NCBI GenBank assembly: GCA_012295275.1
Contig: CM022678.1
Coordinates: 10,912,001 to 10,976,000, forward strand
DNA from: Chrysomallon squamiferum
Lineage: Eukaryota; Animalia; Mollusca
DNA length: 64,000 bases
Reading direction: 5' to 3'
Under the pieces are notes generated by a model. It made no database searches, was not told the DNA's origin, and was given only the letters and a program-made list of their open reading frames with translations. Shown here piece after piece: positions 1-25,941 of the stretch (its first letter is position 1; the number at the start of each line of letters is the position of its first letter). Position numbers and translations under genes: made by a program.

Positions 1-126
1 ATTCTAATCAATATTAAAGTTATCATCCGTATCATCATCATTATCAGTACCATTGTGATGATTATTAGAAAGTTTGTTCATTGATGCTTCATTCGCAAAT
101 CATGTGCAGCCACAAAAGGTCAAAGG

Positions 127-2861
<2,735 letters not shown>

Positions 2862-2949
2862 CTTGGAAAAAAAAAAGAAGTGATTATTAAAGTCGGTGTT
2901 TCGGTCTGTATTATTATCATTAGTAGTAGTAGTAGTACTAGTAGTAGTC

Positions 2950-2986
<37 letters not shown>

Positions 2987-3165
2987 CAGTAGTACTAATT
3001 GAAGTAGTACTAACCTACATTTCACAGCAGACGTACCGATAACATGGACAAGCTCTACATTATTTCTAAAACATCGATACCAAAAGCAAAGAGGACAAAA
3101 GAAAGACGTAAGAAGTTTAAAAGTTTAATATTTGTAAAATAAATAAATAAATAAACAAGTGTTTT

Positions 3166-3300
3166 ACTTACTGCAGGAAATCCAGTAAATGGAGCACGTT
3201 TTGTGATCAGCAAATTGAAATGAAACTAGAGTGACAAAGGTCGGTGGTGTTATCACTGAGGGCGGAGGTAGTTGCACGTTGTCCACTCTGTCACTGTTAT
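3166..3300 (-). promoter_or_regulatory. Non-coding first exon / promoter module of gene A
   Basis: Donor GTAAGT at 3166-3171 (minus strand) next to the conserved block GGAGCACGTTTTGTGATCAGCAA.TTGAAATGAAACTA seen upstream of most paralogues. The E-box is lost in this copy. Confidence 0.55.
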
Positions 3301-3844
3301 CTGTTTAGGTCGTCGTAACTTTTATAATATTTTTCTCTGCTACTGCTACAAAAGGTGATTGGTATTTTTTATACCAACATGCTCGTTTATAAAATAAAAC
3401 AAACAATGCAGAAATGTAATGTGTAATTTGTTATTCAAAATGTAATTGAGAGTATTTGTAGATTTGTGTCAAAGCGTCAGAATAAACGATGAAAAGAAAG
3501 AACTATCATAACAGTGAAAAACTTTATTTTGGTCGTTTATCCTAACACAAAAAATAAAAAATAAAAAAATAAAAAATATATTTTTTTTAAATTAATTAAT
3601 GAAATAACAAAAGAAAAAGAACAAAATATGAGTGTTGCAAACACAACAGTAAATTCTTTTTGTTTCTGCAGATACAAAGTTGTTTAAAGAAGAATTTTAA
3701 AGGGAAACTTTGTTGTATACACAAATGAAAGAGAGAAGAAAAAGTTAATGGTCCATCAATAAACACAAACAAACAAAAAACAACCAGATCCTAGAAACAC
3801 GTAAAACACCAACAAATAACAAAACACAAACAGCGCGTAGAATA

Positions 3845-3876
<32 letters not shown>

Positions 3877-4079
3877 GTAATAATGATAATAATAATAGTA
3901 ATAGTAATAATAATAATAATAATAATAATATAATAGGAATATCAATACAATGTTTATTATGTTAGAGAGAGAGTGTGTGTAAAACAAAGGCAGAGAGAGA
4001 TACAGAGAGAGACAGATACAGATATATATACCGAGAGACAAAGAGACACATATATAGATATATACAGAGGGACAGATAC

Positions 4080-4170
<91 letters not shown>

Positions 4171-4395
4171 GAGACGAAAAATAGACAGACACAGATACAG
4201 AGAGACAAAGACAGAGGGAGCCAGAGATGCAGAGAGAGAGACATACAAAGAGACAGAGAGACAGAGATATACAGAGACAGAAACACAGAGACAGAGATAT
4301 ACAGAGACAGAGAGAGACAAAGAGACAGAGATATACAGAGAGCGAGACAGAGAGACAGAGATACACAGAGAGACAGACAGAGAGTAAGGTATTAC

Positions 4396-5763
4396 TTGTA
4401 TGTTGTTCTGAACTCTCAGCTTGGTTCTCATGGCGACTAAACCGCCATTAACACAAAACGGAACACAACACGACTCACTGAGATCAGTGGCAACCTGACA
4501 CGCCAAACAACACGGACAGAAGAAACCAAAGCAACCTGGAAAAACAAATAATAGATGACGAAACAAATAAACAAATAAGTAAATAAATAAATAAATACAG
4601 GGGGTCCTCGAATTACGTTGGAAATCCGATCCTACAAACCGAGGTAGGGCGATTTTCGACGTAAGTCTGAATTATCATAGCCTAAGTCACTTACCTAACC
4701 TAAAACACCCTAACATCATATATATATATATATATATGAGAAAATAGAAATAGACCATAGGAAAATGAAAGGCAGAACATAATTAAAGTACAGAAAAATG
4801 ATAAAAATAAACAATGAAATACAGCTGATTAAAAATAAAAACAATTCTTCACCTTTCATCGATGTGGTTGGCTCGCACGCTGGATACAGTGGATGTTATA
4901 AGACAGAGAGTAAAAGAGATAGAGAGAAGGAGAAAGAAAGAGAGAGAGAAAGAGTGAGAGGTGCAGAAAGACAAAGACAGAGAGAAAGACGTATTCAGAG
5001 GAGAAAGAGACAGACAGACAGACAGACAGTCAGACTCACAGACAGACAGACAGACAGACAGTCAGACTCACAGACAGACAGACAGACAGACAGACAGATA
5101 GATGATGTATATAATATTGATATAATACAGTAAAGAGACTCAGTTTTAGAAACACTCTTGTTTGTAATTCGATTTTTAAAACTTTAACGGAAAACCTGTT
5201 CGAGCTCATATCGTTGCAACATCCGAATATTCCACATTCTTGGTCGTAGATTGAATAAAATAAACAATACCTATATCAAAAAAAAAAATTTAACGGTTAA
5301 ATAAAATAATAATAAAAAAAAAAAATTAATTAGAAAGGGAAAGAACTTTTTTTTTTTCTTTTTTTTTTTCAAAATGTCTGATACAGATTTCGGTAATAAC
5401 GAACACAGTGTAAAAAAACACGAAAATGCCTTAAAAAAAAGTTTTTTTTTTTTTTTTATATGTTTATATTTGTAAAAGTTAAGAGAGATAACTCCTCTTT
5501 ATCAACTTCAACAGTTTTCGATAAATTCAAATGGGCATTATGTCCCTTGATTTCCAGTCTCGCCATTTTTGCCTAAACGTGACGTCATCACAGCAGGGAA
5601 GACTTATTTATTTCTTCAGGTGTTATAAGGAAAAACTACAATTATAAATCCGCTATGACGTCACGACGTTTTTTCTCACTGAGATAAATGGCGGCGTTCA
5701 GAAGTTTTCTTTGATAACATGTATTATTTTATTAAGAAGAGCAACAACAACAACAACAGCAAC

Positions 5764-5796
<33 letters not shown>

Positions 5797-6063
5797 CTTA
5801 ACAACAACAATAACAGTAACAACAACAAACAATAATAATAATAATAATATTAATAATAATGGTCGGACTAGCAATTATAATAATAACAGTAAAAATAACA
5901 ATAAAAAATATAATAATAACAATAACAATGATAATAACAATAATATCAATAATAATAATAACAATAATAATAGTAACAACAATAACAATAATAGTGTTTA
6001 TAATAATAATACAAGAAAAGGAATATCAATAATAATAAAATAATAATAACAATAATAATAATT

Positions 6064-6100
<37 letters not shown>

Positions 6101-6186
6101 GAGTAACAATAATAATAATGATGATGATGGTGATGATGATGGTGATGGTGATGATGATGATGATGATGGTGATGGTGATGATGATG

Positions 6187-6218
<32 letters not shown>

Positions 6219-6237
6219 GATGGTGATGGTGATGATG

Positions 6238-6288
<51 letters not shown>

Positions 6289-6513
6289 GTGATGGTGATG
6301 ATGATGATGATGATGATGATGATGGCGATGGTGATGGTGATGGTGATGATGATGATGGTGATGGTGATGGTGATGGTGATGGTGATGGTGATGGTGATGA
6401 TGATGGTGATGGTGATGGTGATGATGATGATGATGATACATCACGAATGAAAATAAATCAGCTATACCTCAGTGAGCATACTAACATCCTGACTTAAAAT
6501 AGTGTTCCGCCAT
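4396..6513 (-). pseudogene. PLAC8-family pseudogene B (type I)
   Basis: Core exon 4396-4535 is intact. The WSSG exon survives only as a remnant (~5198-5252, 8-nt deletion, donor lost). The MAE exon (~6468-6513) has an in-frame TAG. The last exon is absent. Confidence 0.85.
6115..6437. repeat. (ATG/GTG)n trinucleotide microsatellite
   Basis: Direct reading. Source of the poly-His and poly-Met artefact ORFs. Confidence 0.95.
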
Positions 6514-7041
6514 CTTGAAAAAAACAAAAACGTTTATAATTATGTGTGTGAATGTGTTTGTGTACTAGAATGTAATTAATGTAACAGTAATAATAAAGCA
6601 GTACCTAAATAAAAGCCAATAACAATAATAGGACAAAAAAAAAAGCAGCTGAATAGCATTAATTTCTCACGATAGACTGATTTTAAAGAAACAACAAATC
6701 AAAAAAAAAAAAAAAAAAAAAAAAAATTCCTCAGTGTTCTTTAACAGTACTGAAATGTTTGATGCGGCACACTGGAGTTCTCTTTCTTTACATACTTCAC
6801 AAACTTAGAAATAACAGGCTTCAGCTTTCATATTTCCCACCTATCCTCTGTATCAGTTTCAAGTTTCAGTTCGATTCTTAGAAATTGTTTAAGTTTATTG
6901 TCTGTGAGGGGTTTTTTTTGGTTTTTCTTGGGTGTTCTTTTAAGCACAACATACTTACTCTCTATAAATACTGGGTTAATATGTTCAGTACTCATTACCT
7001 CTTCTTGAAATAATAATAATGATAATGACAATAACAACGAC

Positions 7042-7150
<109 letters not shown>

Positions 7151-7589
7151 AATATACCGATAAATCTACGTTTTCAACTCGAGCAGCTACTACCTGACCG
7201 CACAGGTTCCTGTTGTTTGTTCAAAGTGTACACTGATAATACTTCGTGCATATCTCCATATCATATCTGTTACGAGATACGTGTTTTCAATAATGTACAC
7301 ACAAAAAGGGCATTATGTTGAAAACAGAAGGTGGCGTTTCGCAGACTGCTTAACCTAACGTGTCAGCATTTGTGCACGCAGGTGGAACTCAAATAAACCT
7401 TTTCTGTTTTTCTCGTAAACAGTTTCGAAGCTGCTGAAAATAAGTTTTCTAAAACTTAAACAGTATAATAATAAAATACGGTTTAAACGTTTTATATCTG
7501 TAAAATAAATAAATAAATCAAAATATTTCTTTACTTACTGTACAGATATTTAGATATGTAGATACTGTTATATTAAATAAATCAAAATG

Positions 7590-7725
7590 TTTCTTTTCTT
7601 ATTGCAGAAAACGGAATAAACTGAGCACGTTTTGTGATCAGCAAGTTAAAAATAAACTAATGTGATGGTCACGTGGCAAAATACTCTTCCGAAAAGTGAC
7701 GATAATTGCCGACGTTATCAACGTT
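7590..7725 (-). promoter_or_regulatory. First-exon/promoter module of pseudogene B
   Basis: Conserved module with variant E-box GTCACGTGGC at 7668-7677. The usual donor is mutated. Confidence 0.5.
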
Positions 7726-8589
7726 TTGTTCCTTCTGCTGCTGTTGCTGCTGCTGCTGCTGCTACTACTACTACTACTACTACCATACTATAACTATTAA
7801 TACTAATAGTAATCCAAATTCTAATACTGATACTAATAATGATAACGAGGATGATGATAATTATGATAACGGTGATAATTATAACGACGATGACGATGAT
7901 GATGATGATGATGATGATGATGACGATGATGATGTTAAACAAGAAAACAAAAGTTCTGTGATTTATGTTTATTTGGTTTATGATGAAATAAACATTTTAC
8001 ATATTAACAATTAAGTACACTATTAAAAAATATATCTACTCATAGGGATAAGTCCATCAATATTACTGCTTATAAAAACAGTGACATTTGTAGCTGTAAA
8101 TAAATCTGAAGAAACAAACAAGTCTCATCACGTGTCTTCCCACGTGACATTCTGTTGTCAGCACTGCTCAAAGCGAGTCTGAATAAATGAATGAATGAAT
8201 GAATGAATAAATGAATTAAAAAATTACCTACATATCAACAAACAAGTAAATAAAGAAATAATCAGATCAGAAAAAAACACAAATAAAAATAGTACAGACA
8301 AAGAAAGAAAGAAAAAAAATAAATAAAATTAAAAATAAAAATTGTACAAAACAAGCAAACAAAGAAACAAAGAAAGAATCAATAATTAAAAGCTATACGA
8401 TCAAATAAACAAATAATTAAAGTTTAGAGACATATTATTGTACACAAATAGATATAAAAATGCAGGTTGATATAAATATGTAGACAAGGATAGACAGATG
8501 GAAAGAGACATAGATGGATAACAGATCGACAAACGGACGAACAGATAGACAGAGAGATAGATGAATAAACGGTGATCAGATAGATAGAT

Positions 8590-11460
<2,871 letters not shown>

Positions 11461-11509
11461 CTACTACTACATCTACTGCTTATAAAAAATGAAATTTTTA
11501 AAATCTCCG

Positions 11510-13947
<2,438 letters not shown>

Positions 13948-13962
<15 letters not shown>

Positions 13963-14100
13963 GGCTAGAGGCGGTACACGTTGCTGTCTTTCGATTGGCT
14001 GAGACAAGGCTAGAGGCGGTACACGTTGCTGTCTTTCGATTGGCTGAGACAAGGCTAGAGGCGGTACACGTTGCTGTCTTTCGATTGGCTGAGATATGGC
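13948..14100 (-). repeat. 45-bp tandem repeat (three units plus a partial) at the 5' end of gene C exon
   Basis: Units read A(I/L)SQPIERQQRVPPL in frame. The Met codon is replaced by ATA/TTG/TTG in the three upstream units. Confidence 0.9.
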
Positions 14101-14439
14101 TATACATCAACAAGAATAATAAGAATTATAAAAACAGTAATAACAATAATTCCAATCGAATAACATAATTTTTTAAATATTTATTTATTCTTGATTTTTA
14201 TAGGAAGGTAAAGCTTTTCAAATTTCTTGACTTATCCTGTGTTATGTGTTACGTGTTTCCAATAATGTAGACACATAAAAATACATTTCACTGAAAATAG
14301 AAGGTGACGTAATCCAACTTGTAATCACTTAGTATAGCAAATGGAAGAACATCGAACTTTAAAAGTTCAATATATAGATATAGATATACATTTATAGATA
14401 TACATATATATAAAATAAATTAAAATGGTGGGTATATTT

Positions 14440-14570
14440 ACTTACTGTAGGAAACGGAATAAATGGAGCACGTCTTGTGATCAAGAAAATGAAATGAAAC
14501 TAATGTGATAGTCACGTGACAAAATATTCCTCCGAAAAGCGACGAAGATTACCGACGTTATCACTGATAG
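14440..14570 (-). promoter_or_regulatory. First-exon/promoter module of gene C with CLEAR-type E-box
   Basis: Donor GTAAGT at 14440-14445 and GTCACGTGAC at 14511-14520. Confidence 0.6.
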
Positions 14571-15228
14571 CCGAACTTACTACTATTGCTACCGTTACTA
14601 CTACTACTAATACTACTTTTATTATTATTACTACTACTACTACTACTACTACTACTATAGTAATCTGAGATTGTCGTAAAATGAAGGTAAATTCCTTATT
14701 TTAAGATATACAGCCAAGTCATATTTCTCAGTTTTTACACATATAAATACACGGGGATTTTTATGCAAGAATATTTTGCTGAAAAAGATGTACAAGCATC
14801 ATTTGTCATTTAAAATTTTTACTCTCTAAAGTTAGATCAGTAACCCGAAACAGAAATACTTTAGCAGTGAAGTGTGTGTTCGTGACCAAGTACTCGAGTC
14901 TGTTCATGCCTGACTTCACTTACCTTTTGTCACAAGAAAGAGGATGTCATTTAGATACCTGTATCACATTTCTGTTCTAAATATTTTTTAAACGTTAAAC
15001 TGTTGCAAAAAATTCATGACAATCTTCCACTTAACAAAAGAAATAAATGGTCTCAAATATTTTTTTTTTTTTTTTTTTAATAAAAGTATGGAAAATAATA
15101 TTTTAGTTTTTAAAAGTAAATTGTACATACTTACAGACTGTCCTCTGCTGTTAAGAAACGATTGTCTTCAAAATAAGCGAGAGGAATATAACAAATCAAA
15201 GATTCATATCGTTCGTTACTTCCTAAAC

Positions 15229-15358
<130 letters not shown>

Positions 15359-15982
15359 AACTTTTATATCTATAATAATAATAACAATAATAACAATAAC
15401 AATAACAGTAATAATAATAATAATATTAATAATAATATTAATAATAAGTTTAATAATAGTTATTTCAAAACGTAATTGACACAGGGCTTAAATAAGTTTT
15501 GTATCTTCTACATCCATTCAACAGCAATATGAATGTGCGTGAGTGCGTAGTCATCTGTGTGTGTGTGTGTGCGTTACTTTTAATGCTATATAATTGTTTT
15601 ATTTACTGTTCATGCGTGTGCCTTATTTATTGTTAACCTATAATGGCATTAAGAAATGGTATAAATATATTCAGCACACTTCCTGGCTACGTCATATTTT
15701 TGTGATTGTGACGTCACTGTCTAATGCACAAACCAACAATGTATCTGCTCCGATGACGTGTTAAAATGGCGGCATTAACGTATTTGGTAAAAGTAGTGTA
15801 TTATCTCTTAGTCACATTTTGTCATGAGCAACAGATAATTAAATAATAATTTGGAAATGTTTATAATTTTATTCGACTACTGATCTGAATTTCACAGGTA
15901 CACTTTAAACCTGTTGCCATTACTACTACGACAACAACAACTAATAATAATAATAATAATAATAGCAGCAGCGATAATAGTA

Positions 15983-16017
<35 letters not shown>

Positions 16018-16478
16018 TAATAATAAAATCGTCCTTTTACAAATAAACATCATAAATGTATAAAGAAATAACAATTAAAAAAGGCAGAATATTTGTTTTA
16101 ACGTTTATTTTCCTTCTTTTATTATTATTTTTTTCTTTTTCATTTTTTTCATTTTCATTTTTTTTTTTTTTTTTGTTGTTGTTGTCTGTAACAAACATAA
16201 CACGTTTATTAAAAATTAATAATAAATATACTTTTTCATCGATTAAATCGATAAAAATGAATTTTATGAAAATATTATGATGTTATAAATAAAAGAAAGA
16301 GAGAAAAGAGCAAACCTTTAATAAAAAATAGAAAATATTCAGAAATTAGTATTTACTATTAGTTATCATTCTTATGATCATCCTTATCGTCATTATCATA
16401 ATACTTGTGATGATTATTAATAAGTTTGTTCACTGATGCTTCATTCACAAGTTATGTGCAGCCACAAAAGGTCAAAGG

Positions 16479-18318
<1,840 letters not shown>

Positions 18319-19190
18319 CTTGAAAAAAAAAGAAGAGAAGGAAATGGTTATATGTGTGTGTGGTAAGGTGTGCATGTGTGTGTGTGCGCGTCTGTGTGTG
18401 TGTGTTGTCTGTGTGTGTGGTAATTATTAAGGTGAATGTTTGGGTCTACATTAGAGAGCACTAGTGATCGCTGTAGTAGCTGCTGCTATTGACCTTGTTG
18501 AAAAATGTAATCAACGTAACACTAATAATAAAACAGTACCTAAATAAAATCCAAAAACAGTAATAATAAGAAAGAAGGAAAGAAAGAAAGAAAGAGTAAT
18601 TTAATTTGTTCTTTAATTTTAATTTTTTTTTTAATGTCGTTCCGTCGAATTTGCGATGAGCTACAGAAAAATCTAGTTTTTTGGTTAATATTTTACAACA
18701 ATTTTTATAATATTAATTTTTTCAATGTGTTCCGATTGTGACAAGACATGCAATTCACGTACACTGAGAATTTAAACAAACTGTTGTTTATAAAACAGCC
18801 TGCATTAATTTCTGACTGATTTTTTTTTTTCCTCATTGTTCCTTTCATAGTCCTCTGAATACTGATGCGTCCCAGATAGTTATCATTCTTTAAATACTTG
18901 ACAAACTTACAAATAACAGGTCTTCATCTTTCATAGTTCCTACCTATCCAATATACTCTGTTTCATTTTCAGGTTTCAGTTCCGTTCTTAGAAATTATTT
19001 AAGTTTTTTATTTGTGGTTTTTTTTTTTTTCCTGTACTATTGAGCACAACATAATTACTCTCTATAAATACTGGGTTAATATGTTCAGTATTCATTGTCT
19101 CTTCTTGAAATAATAAGAATGATAATAATGAAAATGACAATAATAGAAACAATAATAATAATAATAATAATAATAATTATGATTTTGATT

Positions 19191-19226
<36 letters not shown>

Positions 19227-19245
19227 AAATGAATATAGCCATAAA

Positions 19246-19337
<92 letters not shown>

Positions 19338-19947
19338 GTATGTATATCTCACTCTGTATTTAGCTTTATATTTATCGTCATCGTTCTTATGTCACACTAA
19401 CCCACGAGGATCGAGTTTGTGACTCAGTCTGTCGTTCACGGATACTTTTTTATTTACTCGAGTACCCGCTATTTGACTGGGTGGAGCACGGGTTCCTCTT
19501 CCACTAACCCTTTTCTTGTTTGTTCAAAGTGTACACTAATAATGCTTCATGCGTACCTCCATATCATACCTGTGTTACGTGCTACGTGTTTTCAACAATT
19601 TGCACCAAAACAACAGAATACATTTCGTTGAAAACAGAAGGTTACGCATCTCAAATTGCATAACCTAACTTGTTAGGATTTGTGCAAACAGATGGAAGAA
19701 AACCAAACTTTTGTGTCTTTTTCGTAAACTCAAAATGTTTAATATATAGACATAGATTATAATGACGTGATTATCAGATTAGTTATATACACTGGTTTTT
19801 TTATATAATGTTTGAAACTTTGAAAAATATATAGACATGCATATACAGACATAGATATATAGACATAGATATATAGACATAGATATATAGATATAGATAT
19901 AGATATATATAGATATAGTTATATTAGATAAATAAAAATGTTTCTTT

Positions 19948-20075
19948 ACTTACCTCACACAACAGAATAAATGAAGCACGTTTTGTGATCAGCAAGTTGA
20001 AATGAAACTAAAATCTGATAGCCTCGTCACAAGATACTCCTCCGAAAAGTGACGAAGATTGCCGACGTTATCACT
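19948..20075 (-). promoter_or_regulatory. First-exon/promoter module of gene D
   Basis: Donor GTAAGT at 19948-19953 plus the conserved block. The E-box is degenerate. Confidence 0.55.
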
Positions 20076-20173
20076 CATGGATGACATTATCTTTATTGTC
20101 TTTTGAAGTCGTCATAATTTTGAAACTAAACTGCTGCTGCTACTACTACTACTACTGTTGCTGCTGCTGCTTC

Positions 20174-20265
<92 letters not shown>

Positions 20266-20678
20266 TTATTACTTTAGTCACCTGAGATTGTAGTAAAATG
20301 AAGGTAAGTTCCTTATTTTGAGATATACAGCCAAGTCATTTTTCTCAGTTTTTACACATATAAATACACGGGGATTTTTATGCAAGAATATTTACTGAAA
20401 AAGATGTACAAGCATCATTCGTGATTTAAAATTTTTACTCTCTAAAGTTAGATCAGTAATCCGAAACAGAAATACTTTAGCAGTGAAGTGTGTGTTCGTG
20501 ACCAAGTACTCGAGTCTGTTCATGCCTGACTTCACTTACCTTTTGTCACAAGAAAGAGGATGTCATTTAGATAACTGTATCACATTTCTGTTGTCAAGCT
20601 TTTACAGCGATTGTGTTTCTCATCATGAACGGTAAATCTCTGTCTGTGGATTTAAACCATTTTTTAATGATACAAACA

Positions 20679-20714
<36 letters not shown>

Positions 20715-21046
20715 TGTGTGTGTGTGTGTGTCTGTGTGTGTCTGACACATTTAAATACAGTCAAATTTGGAAAACTGTTTTCATTAACAAATAAATTATT
20801 CTTATTTTAAAACTAATCTGTAATTTTTTTTTTTTTTTTTATTATTTTTTTTTTTTTATTATTGTTATTTTTTTAATCGATAGGCAAGAATCTACCACTG
20901 TGCAGAGATGACAAAATTAAAAGTTAATTTTCAGTTAACTTTTGTAATAATTAGGACTGCGGGGAAAAAAAAATAGACAAAATACAGCCCTAATCATGTC
21001 AGATGTCCCATTGCTATAACATATGCTGATAGATAGATAGATATAT

Positions 21047-21135
<89 letters not shown>

Positions 21136-21781
21136 GTAGGTAGGTAGATAGGTAGGTAGATAGATAGGTAGGTAGGTAGGTAGATAGATAGGTAGGAAGG
21201 TAGATAGGTAGGTAGGTAGATAGATAGGTAGGTAGATAGATAGATAGGTAGGTAGGCAGAGAGAAATAAATATAGTCATATTATTTTATATACACTGTTT
21301 TATATATTATTTTGAAACTTTGAAAAATATATACATGCATGTTTTTATGTGCGTGCGCGTGTATATACACACATATATCAAATAAAAAATGCACATTTTT
21401 ATTATGTAACATGTTTTCAGTTATAGAAAATGTAATTAAGCATATTTGTTACAACTAGATTTGTGTCAAAACTTCAAAATAAATAATAAAAAGAAACAGC
21501 TATCATAACCATGAACATGTTCATTGTATAGGGCAATGTACAAAAAAAAAAAAAAAATAAATAAAATTAAACTTTGTTAAATACCACAGTAATTTCTTTT
21601 TGTTTCTGCAGATACAAAGTTGTTTAAAGAAGAATTTTAAAGGGAAACTTTGTTGTATACACAAATGAAAGAGAGAAGAAAAAGTTAATGGTCCATCAAT
21701 AAACACAAACAAACAAAAAACAACCAGATCCTAGAAACACGTAAAACACCAACAAATAACAAAACACAAACAGCGCGTAGC

Positions 21782-21918
<137 letters not shown>

Positions 21919-21942
21919 GTAATAATGATAATAATAATAGTA

Positions 21943-21984
<42 letters not shown>

Positions 21985-22453
21985 GTAGTAGTAGTAGTAG
22001 TAGTAAGTTTAAAAATCTACGTTTTGTATCTTCTACATCCATTCAGTAGTACGCTGTATGTGCGTGAATGTGTGCGTGTGCGTCTGTGTGTGTTACTTTT
22101 ATTTCTTAATGGCATTAAGAAATTGTATAAATCTGTTCAGCACACTTCCAGGTTACGTCATATTTTTGTGATTGTGACGTCACTGTCTACTGCACTAACC
22201 AACAATGTATCTGCTCCGATGACGTGTTAAAATGGCGGCATTAACGTATTTGGTAAAAGCAGTGTATTATCTCATAGTCACATTTTGTCATGAGCAACAG
22301 ATAATTAAATAATAATTTCGAAATGTTTATAATTTTATTCGACTACTGATCTGAATTTCACAGGTACACTTTAAACCTGATAATAAAGTATATTGCTGCT
22401 GCTGCTATTACTACTACGACTACAACTACAACAACAACAACAACAAAAACAAC

Positions 22454-22498
<45 letters not shown>

Positions 22499-22937
22499 AA
22501 TCGTCCTTTTACAAATAAGCATCATAAATGCATAAATAAATAAAAAATAAAAAAGGCTATTTGTTTTAAAGTTTATTTTCCTTCTTTTATTAATTCTTTT
22601 TTTTTTTTTTTCTTTCTTATTTTTTTTTTTATTATTATTATTTTTTAATGTCTGTAACAAACATAACACGTTTATTGAAAATTGATAATAAATATACTTT
22701 TTCCACGATTAAATCGATAAAAAAGAATTTTATGAAAATGTTATGATATTAAAATTTAAAAAAAAAGGGAATAAAAACCAAACCTTTAATTAAAAAACGA
22801 AAAAAGATTCAGAAATGATTCTCATCATTATTATGATCATCCTTATCATCATTATCATAATACTTGTGATGATTATTAATAAGTTTGTTCACTGATGCTT
22901 CCTTCACAAGTTATGTGCAGCCACAAAAGGTCAAAGG

Positions 22938-24978
<2,041 letters not shown>

Positions 24979-25290
24979 CTTGAAAAGAAAACAAAAAGTT
25001 TTTAATTATGTGCGTTATTGTGTGTGTGTGTGTGTTTGTGTACAAGCCAATAATAAAAAGAAGAAAGAAAGACATTTTTCTTCTATTTTTTTTTTATTTT
25101 TTTTTTTTTTTTTTTTTTTTTTTTCTTGTTTCCTCCGGTCAAATTTACGCCAAGATAAAGAAAAATCAGTTTTTATTGTCTTGAAAATATTTGGAAACCG
25201 TTTTTAATGACGTTAATTTTTACCAGTGTATTCGATTTCGACTCGACAAGACAAAACCAGGTCACGTGCGCTAAGTTTAAACAAACTTCC

Positions 25291-25476
25291 TGATACCGAG
25301 TTCATGATAACCGAGTTCATGATATCGAGTTCATGATATCGAGTTCATGATATCGAGTTCATGATATCGAGTTCATGATAACCGAGTTCATGATATCGAG
25401 TTCATGATACCGAGTTCATGATATCGAGTTCATGATATCGAGTTCATGATATCGAGTTCATGATATCGAGTTCATG
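25291..25476. repeat. 14-bp minisatellite (GATATCGAGTTCAT), about 13 copies
   Basis: Direct reading of near-identical contiguous units with no spacers. Confidence 0.95.
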
Positions 25477-25903
25477 CAGCAATTTCTGTCAGGTTCAAAG
25501 CCGCGCATGTTTCAATTTATAAATTAATAAATAAAAATAATAAATAAAAATAATAATAATAAATAAAAAGTTAAGAAACGTCGTCTGCTAGCTGTTGTTA
25601 GCTTGTCGCTTTGGTTTCCGTCGCTTTGATTTACGTCGCCTTTGTCTGACTTGTCGCTTTACGTTGACTTGGGCGTTACTTAGTAGAGTTATGGCTTTTT
25701 TTTTTTTTTGTTTTTTTTTTTTTTTTTTTTTTCCTCTCAGTTCAGAATTTAATGTCTTCCTTTAACCTGTTTTTAGCTACTTCATAATAGTTAGTCTGTT
25801 TTCACCACTGACCGATTTTTTTATTTTTTTATTTTTTATTATTATTGTTATTGTTGTTGTTGTTGTTGTTGTTGTTGTTTTATTATTATCATTATTGTTA
25901 TTA

Positions 25904-25941
<38 letters not shown>

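Noticed and set aside
5998-6450. Poly-His and poly-Met ORFs as metal-binding proteins
   Set aside because: Translation of an intronic (ATG)n microsatellite with no splice or homology support.
25291-25476. CRISPR-like array (also considered for 44015-45232 and 46050-47420)
   Set aside because: Contiguous tandem units with no unique spacers, no cas genes, and a eukaryotic context.
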